Part shown: one piece after another, positions 27,947 through 38,165 of the stretch
Position numbering within the stretch: the stretch's first letter is position 1
How the letters are laid out: every line of letters begins with the position of its first letter
From: an uncultured Myxococcaceae bacterium
GTDB taxonomy: Bacteria > Myxococcota_A > Polyangia > Polyangiales > Ga0077539
DNA: 64,000 nt
Reading direction: 5' to 3'
NCBI GenBank assembly: GCA_966211675.1
Contig: CBIHPK010000002.1
Span: 8,209-72,208, forward strand
Notes under the pieces: generated by a model
The model's database searches: none
Seen by the model: the letters and a program-made list of their open reading frames with translations, nothing else
Told to the model about the DNA's origin: nothing
Position numbers and translations under genes: made by a program

Positions 27947-28747
27947 ATGAACGTCACCGCGCCTCAAGAGACCCCCCTCTCCGCGCCCGCCACGCTCGCT
28001 CGCCTGAAGGCGCATGCCGCGTCGCGTTCGCGCTTCGAGGGGCTCCTGCGCAGAAGCCGCGTGCTCTCCTCCCTCGGTCCCGACGTCGTCGCCGAGGCCG
28101 CTCGGGTCGCGGTCGCGCGCCAGGTCTCCCGGGGCGAGTGCATCTGGCGGGTCGGAAGCCCCGCCACGCACTTCCAGGTGGTGGTCTCCGGGGTGGTGAA
28201 GCTCGTGGCGCCGGGCCCCGGGCTGCGCCCGACGATCATCGACGTCTTCGGCCCGGGCGAGGCCCTCGGGTACTGGGTGGCCCTCGATGGCAGCCCGTAC
28301 ATCGGCGACACGATGCCCGTGACCGAGCGCGTGGAGACCCTGCTCGTCCCCGGCTCGGTGCTCCGCGAGGCCGCCGCGGCGCGCCCGGAGGCGGCGGCGG
28401 CGCTGACGCAAGCAATGCTGGGTCACGCGCAGGCCTTGCGCTCGAAGATCGCGGTGATGTGTGCGGGCTCGGTTCAGCAGCGGCTCGCGATGCTGATGCT
28501 CGACCTCAACGGGCGCTTCGGCGACGAGCTCGAAGACGGCGCCCTCATCGTGCAGGTGCCGCTCTCCCGGCTCGACCTCGCGATGTGGGTGGGCGCCACC
28601 ATCGAGACGGTGATCCGCGTGATGTCCCGCTGGCAGAAGGAGGGCGTGCTCGAGACGCACCCCTGGGGCTTCGTGCTCCGCGACGTGTCGCTCCTCGCGG
28701 CGCTGCTGGAGACCGACAGCCAGCCCCCCTCGTGGCATGCCGCGTGA
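27947..28747 (+). CDS. Crp/Fnr family transcriptional regulator (NnrR/Dnr-like)
   Basis: A cNMP-binding-like beta-roll (..GECIWRVGSPATHFQVVVSGVVKL..FGPGEALG) and a C-terminal HTH (SRLDLAMWVGATIETVIRVMSRWQKEGVL). There is no N-terminal Cys cluster, so it is not classical FNR. Confidence 0.85.
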   Translation: MNVTAPQETPLSAPATLARLKAHAASRSRFEGLLRRSRVLSSLGPDVVAEAARVAVARQVSRGECIWRVGSPATHFQVVVSGVVKLVAPGPGLRPTIIDVFGPGEALGYWVALDGSPYIGDTMPVTERVETLLVPGSVLREAAAARPEAAAALTQAMLGHAQALRSKIAVMCAGSVQQRLAMLMLDLNGRFGDELEDGALIVQVPLSRLDLAMWVGATIETVIRVMSRWQKEGVLETHPWGFVLRDVSLLAALLETDSQPPSWHAA

Positions 28748-29900
28748 GTACGACCGCCTCGACATGAGCCCCAACACCCACGCCGCGCTCACCCGTCCGA
28801 GGGGCGCGCCCGCGAGCCTCGACTTCGACCACCATCCCCTGCTCGCCATCTGGGAGCTGACCCAGGCGTGCGACCTCGTCTGCCAGCACTGCCGCGCCTG
28901 CGCGACGCCCAACCGCTCCGTCGACGAGCTCGACACCGAGGAGGGCTTCCGGCTGCTGGCGTCCATCAAGGCGATGGGCACGCCCGTCGTCGTGCTCACG
29001 GGCGGCGACCCCGCCAAGCGCGCCGACCTGCCCGCGCTCGTGGCCTACGGCACCTCCCTCGGCCTCACGATGACGGTCACCCCCTCGGGCACGCCGGTGA
29101 TGACCGACGCGCTGGTGGCCGAGCTCGCGAAGGCCGGCGTGGCGCGCCTCGCGATCTCCATCGACGGGCCCGACGCGGCGACGCACGACGCCTTCCGCGG
29201 CGTCGAAGGGAGCTTCGCCGAGAGCCTGCGCATCCTGCGCGCCGCCCGGGCCTGCGGGGTCGAGGTGCAGATCAACACCTCCGTCGGTCCCCACAACGCC
29301 AGGGTGCTGCGGCCGATGGCCGATCTCGCCGCGGAGCTCGGGGTCTCGCTCTGGGCGGTGTTCGTGGTGGTGCCCACGGGCCGCGCGGGCGCCTCGCTGC
29401 TCCTGCGCGCCAACGGCGTCGAGAAGCTGCTGGGAGAGCTCGCGGACATCGCCGCCACGGCCCCCTTCGACGTGAAGACCACGGCGGCTCCGCACTTCCG
29501 ACGGGTGATGCTCCAGCGCAAGCAGGGGGCGGGCGCGAGCGGGGTCTTGCGCGACGTCGACGAGCACGGCGTGGTGACCGGACGGCGGGGCATCACCGAC
29601 GGCGTGGGCTTCGTGTTCGTGTCGCACACCGGGGAGATCTTCCCGAGCGGCTTCCTCCCGCTGGGCGCGGGCAACGTGCGAAGCGACGACCTCGCCACCG
29701 TGTACCGCACGCACCCGCTCTTCACCCGGCTGCGCGACGCCGACGCGCTCGGGGGCAAGTGCGGCGCGTGCGCGTTCCGTCGCGTGTGCGGCGGCTCTCG
29801 CGCCCGGGCCTGGGCGATGAACGGCGACCCCATGGCCGAAGACCCGCTCTGCGCCTACATCCCGCCCGGGTACGTCGAAGCCGAAGGAAGGGTGTCGTGA
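28737..29900 (+). CDS. radical SAM/SPASM protein, NirJ/AhbD-like
   Basis: ELTQACDLVCQHC (CX3CX2C), LTGGDP, ISIDGPDAATHDAFRG and a C-terminal SPASM-type cluster GKCGACAFRRVCGGSRARAW...DPLC. The start could instead be ATG 28764. Confidence 0.85.
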   Translation: MPREYDRLDMSPNTHAALTRPRGAPASLDFDHHPLLAIWELTQACDLVCQHCRACATPNRSVDELDTEEGFRLLASIKAMGTPVVVLTGGDPAKRADLPALVAYGTSLGLTMTVTPSGTPVMTDALVAELAKAGVARLAISIDGPDAATHDAFRGVEGSFAESLRILRAARACGVEVQINTSVGPHNARVLRPMADLAAELGVSLWAVFVVVPTGRAGASLLLRANGVEKLLGELADIAATAPFDVKTTAAPHFRRVMLQRKQGAGASGVLRDVDEHGVVTGRRGITDGVGFVFVSHTGEIFPSGFLPLGAGNVRSDDLATVYRTHPLFTRLRDADALGGKCGACAFRRVCGGSRARAWAMNGDPMAEDPLCAYIPPGYVEAEGRVS

Positions 29901-31282
29901 TGGGACGCAGCGTGCTGGTTCTGGGTGGAGGCCTCGCGGGCCTCGCGACCGCGCACTCGCTGCTCGCGCAGCGGCCCGACGCCGACGTGCTGGTGCTCGA
30001 GGCGCGGGCGGAGGTCGGGGGCAACGTCCGCACGCTGCACCGCGAGGGATGCACCGTGGAGCTCGGCCCCGACGCGTTCATGACGCGGCCCGGGCACGCC
30101 GAGGCCCTCTGCCGCGAGCTCGGTCTCGGGGAGTCGCTGCTCGCGCCCGACGAGGCCTCCTCGCGGGTGATGGTCGCGCACCGGGGCGAGCTGATGCCGC
30201 TGCCCGAGGGCATGGCGATGGGCGTCCCGCGGAGCGTGTTGCAGCTCGCCGGCACCCGCCTGCTCTCCCCGCTCGGCAAGGCCCGCGCGGCGATGGACCT
30301 GGTGCTGCCCTCGCGCCACGAGCGCGACGAGAGCGTCGGTCACCTCGTGGGCCGCCGCTTCGGCCGCGAGGTGAAGGAGCGCATGGTCGAGCCGATCGTG
30401 AGCGGCATCTACGGCGCCGACGTCGACGAGCTCGACGCGGCGGTGGTGATGCCCATGTTCGCCAACGTGCACGGCAGCCTCATCCGGGCGCTCACCCGCG
30501 CCCCGCGCCCCGCCGGCGGCGCCGCCATGCGCGCGCCCTCCGGCGGACTCGACAGCGTGGTGCGGGCGCTCGCGGCCTCCGTGGGCGCCGACCGCATCCT
30601 CTCGGGCGTCACCGCTCGCTCGCTCGCCCGACGGGGCGGAGGGTGGAGCGTGTCCCTCGACGGCGGGGCCCGCCTCGACGCCGACGAGGTCGTGCTCGCG
30701 GTGCCGCCGGGCGCCGCCGCCGACCTGCTCGCCGCGGAGGTCCCGGAGCTCTCGGACCTGCTGCGAGGCTTCCGGCTCCGGCCCGCGCTCACGGCGGTGC
30801 TGGCCTTCGAGCGCGGCGAGGTCGCGACCCCCCGGGCGAGCGGCGCGCTCATCCCCCGAGGCGCGCCGGCCCCGCTCGATGCCCTCGGCGCGGTGACCTT
30901 CGTCGACCGAAAGTGGCCCTCGCGCGTCTCCGGCCACCTCTCGGTGGTGCGAGCGACCTTCCGCCCGGCCTTCGCGGCGCAGTGGATCCCCCGCGACGAC
31001 GACTCCATCGTCGCGCTCGCGCTCGAGGCGCTGCGGATGATGTTCCCGCTCCCGGAGCCGCGCTGGCACGCCGTGGAGCGCTTCGAGACCGGCACCCCCA
31101 GCCCGGTGGTGGGCCACCTGCGCCGCGCCGAGGAGGCCCGCGAGCGAGCCCTCTCCCTCGGCGGCGTCTCCATCGTCGGGGCCGCGGTCGACGGCCCGGG
31201 CATCGCGGGCTGCGTGCGAGGCGCCCACCAGGCCGCCGCGCTGATCGCCGGGCGCTTCGCCACCGCGAGCGGCGTCGCATGA
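29900..31282 (+). CDS. hemY: FAD-dependent protoporphyrinogen/coproporphyrinogen oxidase (HemY/CgoX-like)
   Basis: The ATG overlaps the preceding TGA by 1 nt. Motifs: VLVLGGGLAGLATAH (GxGxxG), EARAEVGGNVRT, GPDAF and IYGAD. Confidence 0.75.
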   Translation: MGRSVLVLGGGLAGLATAHSLLAQRPDADVLVLEARAEVGGNVRTLHREGCTVELGPDAFMTRPGHAEALCRELGLGESLLAPDEASSRVMVAHRGELMPLPEGMAMGVPRSVLQLAGTRLLSPLGKARAAMDLVLPSRHERDESVGHLVGRRFGREVKERMVEPIVSGIYGADVDELDAAVVMPMFANVHGSLIRALTRAPRPAGGAAMRAPSGGLDSVVRALAASVGADRILSGVTARSLARRGGGWSVSLDGGARLDADEVVLAVPPGAAADLLAAEVPELSDLLRGFRLRPALTAVLAFERGEVATPRASGALIPRGAPAPLDALGAVTFVDRKWPSRVSGHLSVVRATFRPAFAAQWIPRDDDSIVALALEALRMMFPLPEPRWHAVERFETGTPSPVVGHLRRAEEARERALSLGGVSIVGAAVDGPGIAGCVRGAHQAAALIAGRFATASGVA

Positions 31283-32478
31283 CGCGCGTCTCCATGCCCC
31301 TCGTGGGATCGCTCCCGACGACCCCGGAGCACTCCGGTTTCGCCCTCGGCCGCAAGGGCTTCCGCCCCTTCTTCCTGCTGAGCGCGGCCTTCGCCGTCGC
31401 CATCGTGCCGCTCTGGATGCTCGCGCTCCTCAACGCGTACAGCCCCGGCGCCTACCTCGACCCGATCGCGTGGCACGCCCACGAGATGGTCTTCGGCTTC
31501 ACCGTGGCCGTCATCGCGGGCTTCCTCCTCACCGCCGTCGGCAACTGGACCCAGCGCGAGACCCTGGTGGGCTGGCCCCTCCTGGGTCTCGGCGCGGTGT
31601 GGCTCCTCGGGCGGGTGGGCTTCCTGGCCTCCGACCACCTTCCCCACTGGGCGCCCGCGGTGCTCGACCTGGCCTTCCTCCCCGCGCTCGGGGTGGTGCT
31701 GGCGAGGCCGCTCATCGCGACCCGCAACCGGCGCAACTTCGTGATGCTCGCGGTGCTCGCGGCGCTCTGGCTGGCCAACCTCTCCATCCACCTCGACGCG
31801 CTCGGCATGGCGCCCGGCTGGCGTCACCGCGGGGTGCTCTCGGCGGTCGACGTGGTGGTGCTGCTCATCGTGATCATCGCCGGCCGCGTCGTGCCCATGT
31901 TCACCAAGAACGGCACCGGCGTTCAGACCGTGCACGGCTCTCCCCGCCTCGACACCGCGGCGGCCGCCTCCACGGCGCTCCTGGCCGTGCTCATGGCGGC
32001 CCTGCCGGAGAGCCCGGTGACCCGGGTGGTCGCCGGCGTGGCGGCCCTCGCCACGGCCGCTCGCGCGGTCCCCTGGATGACGGCGAAGGTGCTGCGCGTC
32101 CCGCTGCTCTGGGTGCTCCACCTCGGCTACGCGTGGATCCCCATCGGCTTCGCGCTCCGGGCGCTCGGCGCTCCCGCCGCGCTCGCGACGCACGCGCTCA
32201 CCATCGGCGCCATCGGGGGAGTGACCCTCGGCATGATGGCCCGCGTCGGCCTCGGTCACTCGGGCCGCCCCCTTCAGGTGCGCTGGCCGATGGTGTTGTC
32301 CTTCGCGCTGCTCGCGCTCGCGGCGCTGGCGCGCGTCGTGGGCGGCCTGCTCTTCGCGAGCTCCTACCGCGCCACCCTCTTCGCCGCGGGCACCCTCTGG
32401 ACCCTCGCCTTCGCGATCCTCCTCGCGGTGTACGCACCGATCCTCACGGCGCCCCGGCCCGACGGCAAGCCGGGCTGA
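31279..32478 (+). CDS. nnrS: NnrS family haem/copper membrane protein (NO-stress associated)
   Basis: ATGA overlap with hemY. About 12 TM helices, plus FRPFFLLSAAFA and WHAHEMVFGF, which are typical of NnrS. Confidence 0.85.
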   Translation: MTRVSMPLVGSLPTTPEHSGFALGRKGFRPFFLLSAAFAVAIVPLWMLALLNAYSPGAYLDPIAWHAHEMVFGFTVAVIAGFLLTAVGNWTQRETLVGWPLLGLGAVWLLGRVGFLASDHLPHWAPAVLDLAFLPALGVVLARPLIATRNRRNFVMLAVLAALWLANLSIHLDALGMAPGWRHRGVLSAVDVVVLLIVIIAGRVVPMFTKNGTGVQTVHGSPRLDTAAAASTALLAVLMAALPESPVTRVVAGVAALATAARAVPWMTAKVLRVPLLWVLHLGYAWIPIGFALRALGAPAALATHALTIGAIGGVTLGMMARVGLGHSGRPLQVRWPMVLSFALLALAALARVVGGLLFASSYRATLFAAGTLWTLAFAILLAVYAPILTAPRPDGKPG

Positions 32479-32491
32479 GGCGCCGCGAAGC

Positions 32492-34384
32492 TCAGGCCCT
32501 TGGCGCGAGGGCCAGCTCGATGCGACCGAGCGAGGGGTCCGTCTTCACCACCGTCACCCGCACCGCGTCGCCCACCGCGTAGCGCTTCGTGGGAGAGCGC
32601 GCCGCGCCTCCGGAGGGCTCCACGGTGTAGGGCCCCTCGGGCAGCGCCTCGAAGGGCAGCGTGCCCTCCACCAGGGTCGTGTCGATCTGCGCGACCACGC
32701 CGAAGGGACGGATCTTCACCACGCGCGCGCTGAAGTGCTCGCCGATGTGCCGGGTCATGTAGCCCGCGACCAGCATCCGGTGCCGGTCGGTCTCGGCCCT
32801 CGCCGCGAGGCGGGCGCGGAGGTTGATGTGCCGGGCGAGAGACTCCAGCGCCGGGTCTCGCATCGACCAGGTGCGCGAGCCGTGGAGGTAGGACTTCACC
32901 AGCCGGTGCACCGCGAGGTCGGCGTAGCGTCGGATGGGCGAGGTGAAGTGCAGGTAGAGCGGCGCCCCGAGCCCGAAGTGCGTCGAGGGAAACACCGTGT
33001 ACCGCGCCGGACCGAGCGAGCGCAGCAGCACGCCGCGGATGGCCGGCTCGCTCGGCGAGGTGGCGATCTGGTGATCGAAGGCCGCGAGGGAGAGCGGCGA
33101 GAGCTTGGAGCCGAAGCCCGAGGCGTAGCCGAAGCGCTCCGCGACGGCGCTCAGCTCCCTCACCGCGTCCGGCCCCGGAACATCGTGCACCCGGTACACG
33201 CCCGGCACGCCGCGCTCCACGAGCCAGCGCGCCACGGCCTCGTTCGCCGCCACCATGCAGCGCTCGATGAGCACGTGCGCCGAGGTCGGCTGGTGCGCCT
33301 CGATGCCCGTCGCCAGGCCGGTGACCGCGTCGAGCACCACGAAGGTCTCGTCGCGCGCCACCTCCACGCCGCCGCGGCGGGTGCGCGCCATGTGCAGCCG
33401 CGCGGAGACCGTGCGCCACCACGGGGCGGCCTCGTACACGGGCTCGATGCCCGGAGAGACGTCCCCGTGGTCGAGGAAGTCCGCGACCTCGTCGTAGGTG
33501 AGCCGCGACCACGAGCGGATCAGGCTCTCGTACACGTCCACCGCGACCACGGTGCCCTCCGGGTCGATGCGCAGCTCCGCGGTGAGGCACATCCGGTCGA
33601 CGCCGGGGAGCAGCGAGATCCACTCGGACGAGAGCCCGTCGGGCAGCATCGGGATCACCCGTCCGGCGAGGTACACGCTCGTCGCTCGCGCCCTCGCGTC
33701 CTGGTCGAGGGCGCCGCCCTCGGGGACGAAGGCGCTCACGTCGGCGATGGAGACCAGCAGTCGCACGGCGCCGTCCTCGTCGGCGGGCAGCACGCTGATG
33801 GCGTCGTCGATGTCGCGCGTCGAGGCCGCGTCGATGGTCACCGTCGGCACCTCGCGCAGGTCGCGCCGTCCGTTGACCGTGTGCGGGAGCTTCCTCGCCC
33901 GCTCGGCCTCCGCCTGCGCCGCGGGCGGCACCACCGTGGCGATGCCGTGCCGCGCGATCACCTGCGCGAGGGTCTGCGCGTCGGGCGTGTCCAGCACCTC
34001 GACCAGCACGGCGCGCTGGTCCTCGATGCGGGCCAGAGCGTGCGCCCCGGCCGCGGGAGCGGGCCCGGTGTGCACGAGGAGCCAGTCGGTGTTGGCCACC
34101 TCGCGGTCGACCTTCAGGTGCGCCACGCCCCGGTGGATGACCACCGTGCCGAAGATCTCCGTGCGGGGCCGGTCGATGAGCCGGAGGTTGGAGGCGGTGG
34201 TGCGCCCGTCCTCGCCGGTGGTGACCAGGGCCTCGACGACGTCGTCGGCGAGGAAGGCGTTGAGCTCCGGCGGCGTGACGAACGAGCTCTTCGGCGGGTC
34301 CGTATCCTCCTCGGTGAAGAAGCCGAAGCCTCGGGGGTGGACGCTGACCAGGCCTCGGGCGTGGCGGGTGTTCGGGTCGCTCAT
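32492..34384 (-). CDS. rnr: RNase R/II family 3'-5' exoribonuclease
   Basis: 630 aa from the ATG that overlaps the mpl stop (ATGA). It has an N-terminal cold-shock-like GLVSVHPRGFGFF, an RNB motif TIDAASTRDIDDAISV and a C-terminal S1 domain (FSARVVKIRPFGVVAQI). Confidence 0.85.
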   Translation of the reverse strand: MSDPNTRHARGLVSVHPRGFGFFTEEDTDPPKSSFVTPPELNAFLADDVVEALVTTGEDGRTTASNLRLIDRPRTEIFGTVVIHRGVAHLKVDREVANTDWLLVHTGPAPAAGAHALARIEDQRAVLVEVLDTPDAQTLAQVIARHGIATVVPPAAQAEAERARKLPHTVNGRRDLREVPTVTIDAASTRDIDDAISVLPADEDGAVRLLVSIADVSAFVPEGGALDQDARARATSVYLAGRVIPMLPDGLSSEWISLLPGVDRMCLTAELRIDPEGTVVAVDVYESLIRSWSRLTYDEVADFLDHGDVSPGIEPVYEAAPWWRTVSARLHMARTRRGGVEVARDETFVVLDAVTGLATGIEAHQPTSAHVLIERCMVAANEAVARWLVERGVPGVYRVHDVPGPDAVRELSAVAERFGYASGFGSKLSPLSLAAFDHQIATSPSEPAIRGVLLRSLGPARYTVFPSTHFGLGAPLYLHFTSPIRRYADLAVHRLVKSYLHGSRTWSMRDPALESLARHINLRARLAARAETDRHRMLVAGYMTRHIGEHFSARVVKIRPFGVVAQIDTTLVEGTLPFEALPEGPYTVEPSGGAARSPTKRYAVGDAVRVTVVKTDPSLGRIELALAPRA

Positions 34385-35814
34385 CGGGGTGTGCTTTCGA
34401 GTGCGGAGGTCAGCTTGCCGTGGATGCCGCCGAAGGCGCCGTTGGAGAGCACCGCGACGGTGTCCCCGGCCTTGGCTTCCGCGGCGACGCGCGCGACGAT
34501 CTCGTCGACGCTCTGCGGACCGGCGGCGAAGGTCTCGGCGCGGCCTCCTCGGGCGGTGATGTCTCGGACGATGGCTGGGATGTCGAGCCGGTCCTCCGCG
34601 GGGATCTCCATCCGCCCGACGGGCGCGATGAGGCTGAGGTCGGCGGAGGCGAAGGCCGCGGGGTACTCGTGCTGGTGCGTGCGACGGCACGCGGTGGCGC
34701 TGCGCGGCTCGAAGACGGCGATGAGCCGGCCGTCGGGGTGGTGGCGGCGCATGGCGCGCAGCGTCTCGTCGACGGCGGTCGGGTGGTGCGCGAAGTCGTC
34801 GTAGATGCGAACGCCCCCGGCGGTGGCGACGAGGTCCTGGCGGCGCTTGACGCCCTTGAAGTCCCGCAGCGCCTTCGCCATCGAGAGCACGGGCAAGCCC
34901 ATCCCCTCGGCGAGCAGCGCCATCGCGGCCACGACGTTGCGCAGGTTGTGCTCGCCCATCAGCGGCGAGAAGAACCTCCCCGCGAGCGTCCCCCCGATGA
35001 AGAGCTCGAAGGGCTGCATTCCCCCGCTCGGCGCGATGGGCGCCGCGCTCCACGTGGGCGTGACCCCCTCCGGCAGCTCGTCCCCGCTCAGGCCGTAGAA
35101 CACCGTGCGCGCGCTGCTGCGCTTCGCGATGGCGACCACCTCCGCGTCCCTCGCGTGGGCGACCAGCACGCCCTCCGGGGCGATGCGCGAGGCGAAGCCC
35201 ACGAAGGCGTCTCGGTACGAGTCCGCGGTCGGATAGATGTCCACGTGGTCGTGCTCGAGGGAGGTCACGATGGCGCCCCAGGGCCGGTACGCCCAGAACT
35301 TCGGGGTCTTCTCGAAGAAGGCCGAGTCGTACTCGTCGCCCTCCACCACGAAGGCCGCGCCGCGCCCGAGCCGGTAGCTGGCGTCGAAGTTCTTGGCGAG
35401 CCCGCCGACCAGGAAGGACGGGTCGTGCCCGCAGGCCTCCAGCAGCCACGCGACGAGCGCCGTGGTGGTGGTCTTGCCGTGCGTCCCGGCGACCACCAGC
35501 GAGCGGCGCTGCGCGAGGAAGAGCTCGCCCAGGGCCTTCGGAAAGGAGCGGTAGTTCATCCCTCCGTCGATGGCCGCGCGCGCCTCGGGGTTGTCCTTGC
35601 GGCACACGTTGCCGACCACCACGAGGTCGGGTCGGGGGTCGAGGTGCGCCGGGTCCCAGCCCGTCATGGTCTCGACGCCGTAGGCCTTCAGCGCGTCGCC
35701 CATCGGGGGGTAGAAGGCCGTGTCGCTCCCGGTGACCCGGTGGCCCGCGGCCTTGAGCAGCCCCGCGAACGCTCCCATCCCGGTGCCCGCCACCCCAATC
35801 AGGTGCACATGCAT
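34381..35814 (-). CDS. mpl: UDP-N-acetylmuramate:L-alanyl-gamma-D-glutamyl-meso-DAP ligase (Mpl)
   Basis: MHVHLIGVAGTGMGAFAGLL, GTHGKTTTT P-loop, EGDEYDSAFF.K.PKF and DDFAHHPTA. The rest of the listed 34381..38037 ORF is a shadow frame. Confidence 0.9.
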   Translation of the reverse strand: MHVHLIGVAGTGMGAFAGLLKAAGHRVTGSDTAFYPPMGDALKAYGVETMTGWDPAHLDPRPDLVVVGNVCRKDNPEARAAIDGGMNYRSFPKALGELFLAQRRSLVVAGTHGKTTTTALVAWLLEACGHDPSFLVGGLAKNFDASYRLGRGAAFVVEGDEYDSAFFEKTPKFWAYRPWGAIVTSLEHDHVDIYPTADSYRDAFVGFASRIAPEGVLVAHARDAEVVAIAKRSSARTVFYGLSGDELPEGVTPTWSAAPIAPSGGMQPFELFIGGTLAGRFFSPLMGEHNLRNVVAAMALLAEGMGLPVLSMAKALRDFKGVKRRQDLVATAGGVRIYDDFAHHPTAVDETLRAMRRHHPDGRLIAVFEPRSATACRRTHQHEYPAAFASADLSLIAPVGRMEIPAEDRLDIPAIVRDITARGGRAETFAAGPQSVDEIVARVAAEAKAGDTVAVLSNGAFGGIHGKLTSALESTPR

Positions 35815-35898
35815 GCGCGCCTCTCTCGCACGATCGCCCCGCGTCGTCGAGCGATCTGAACCCCCGCGCGCGATCGTGATAGCGTCCGCGCCCTCTTC

Positions 35899-37995
<2,097 letters not shown>

Positions 37996-38024
37996 GAGCC
38001 GTCGACTGACGGAGGCCCGGAAAT

Positions 38025-38043
38025 GTCCCCGGTTCACCGGGAC
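38025..38043 (+). terminator. candidate stem-loop terminator after the OmpA-family gene
   Basis: GTCCCCGG-TTCA-CCGGGAC is a 7-bp GC stem with one bulge and a 4-nt loop, 30 nt after the stop codon. There is no clear U-tract. Confidence 0.3.
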
Positions 38044-38165
38044 GGTGGTTGCGCCAAGGTCGGGCGTGCCGTAACGCTCTGAGGGGTTGTTGACGCGGCG
38101 TACCTCAGGCTCAGGCGCCAGAGGGTTCAGTAGGCGGACAGACCGACGGCACGGAGCATACGAGC

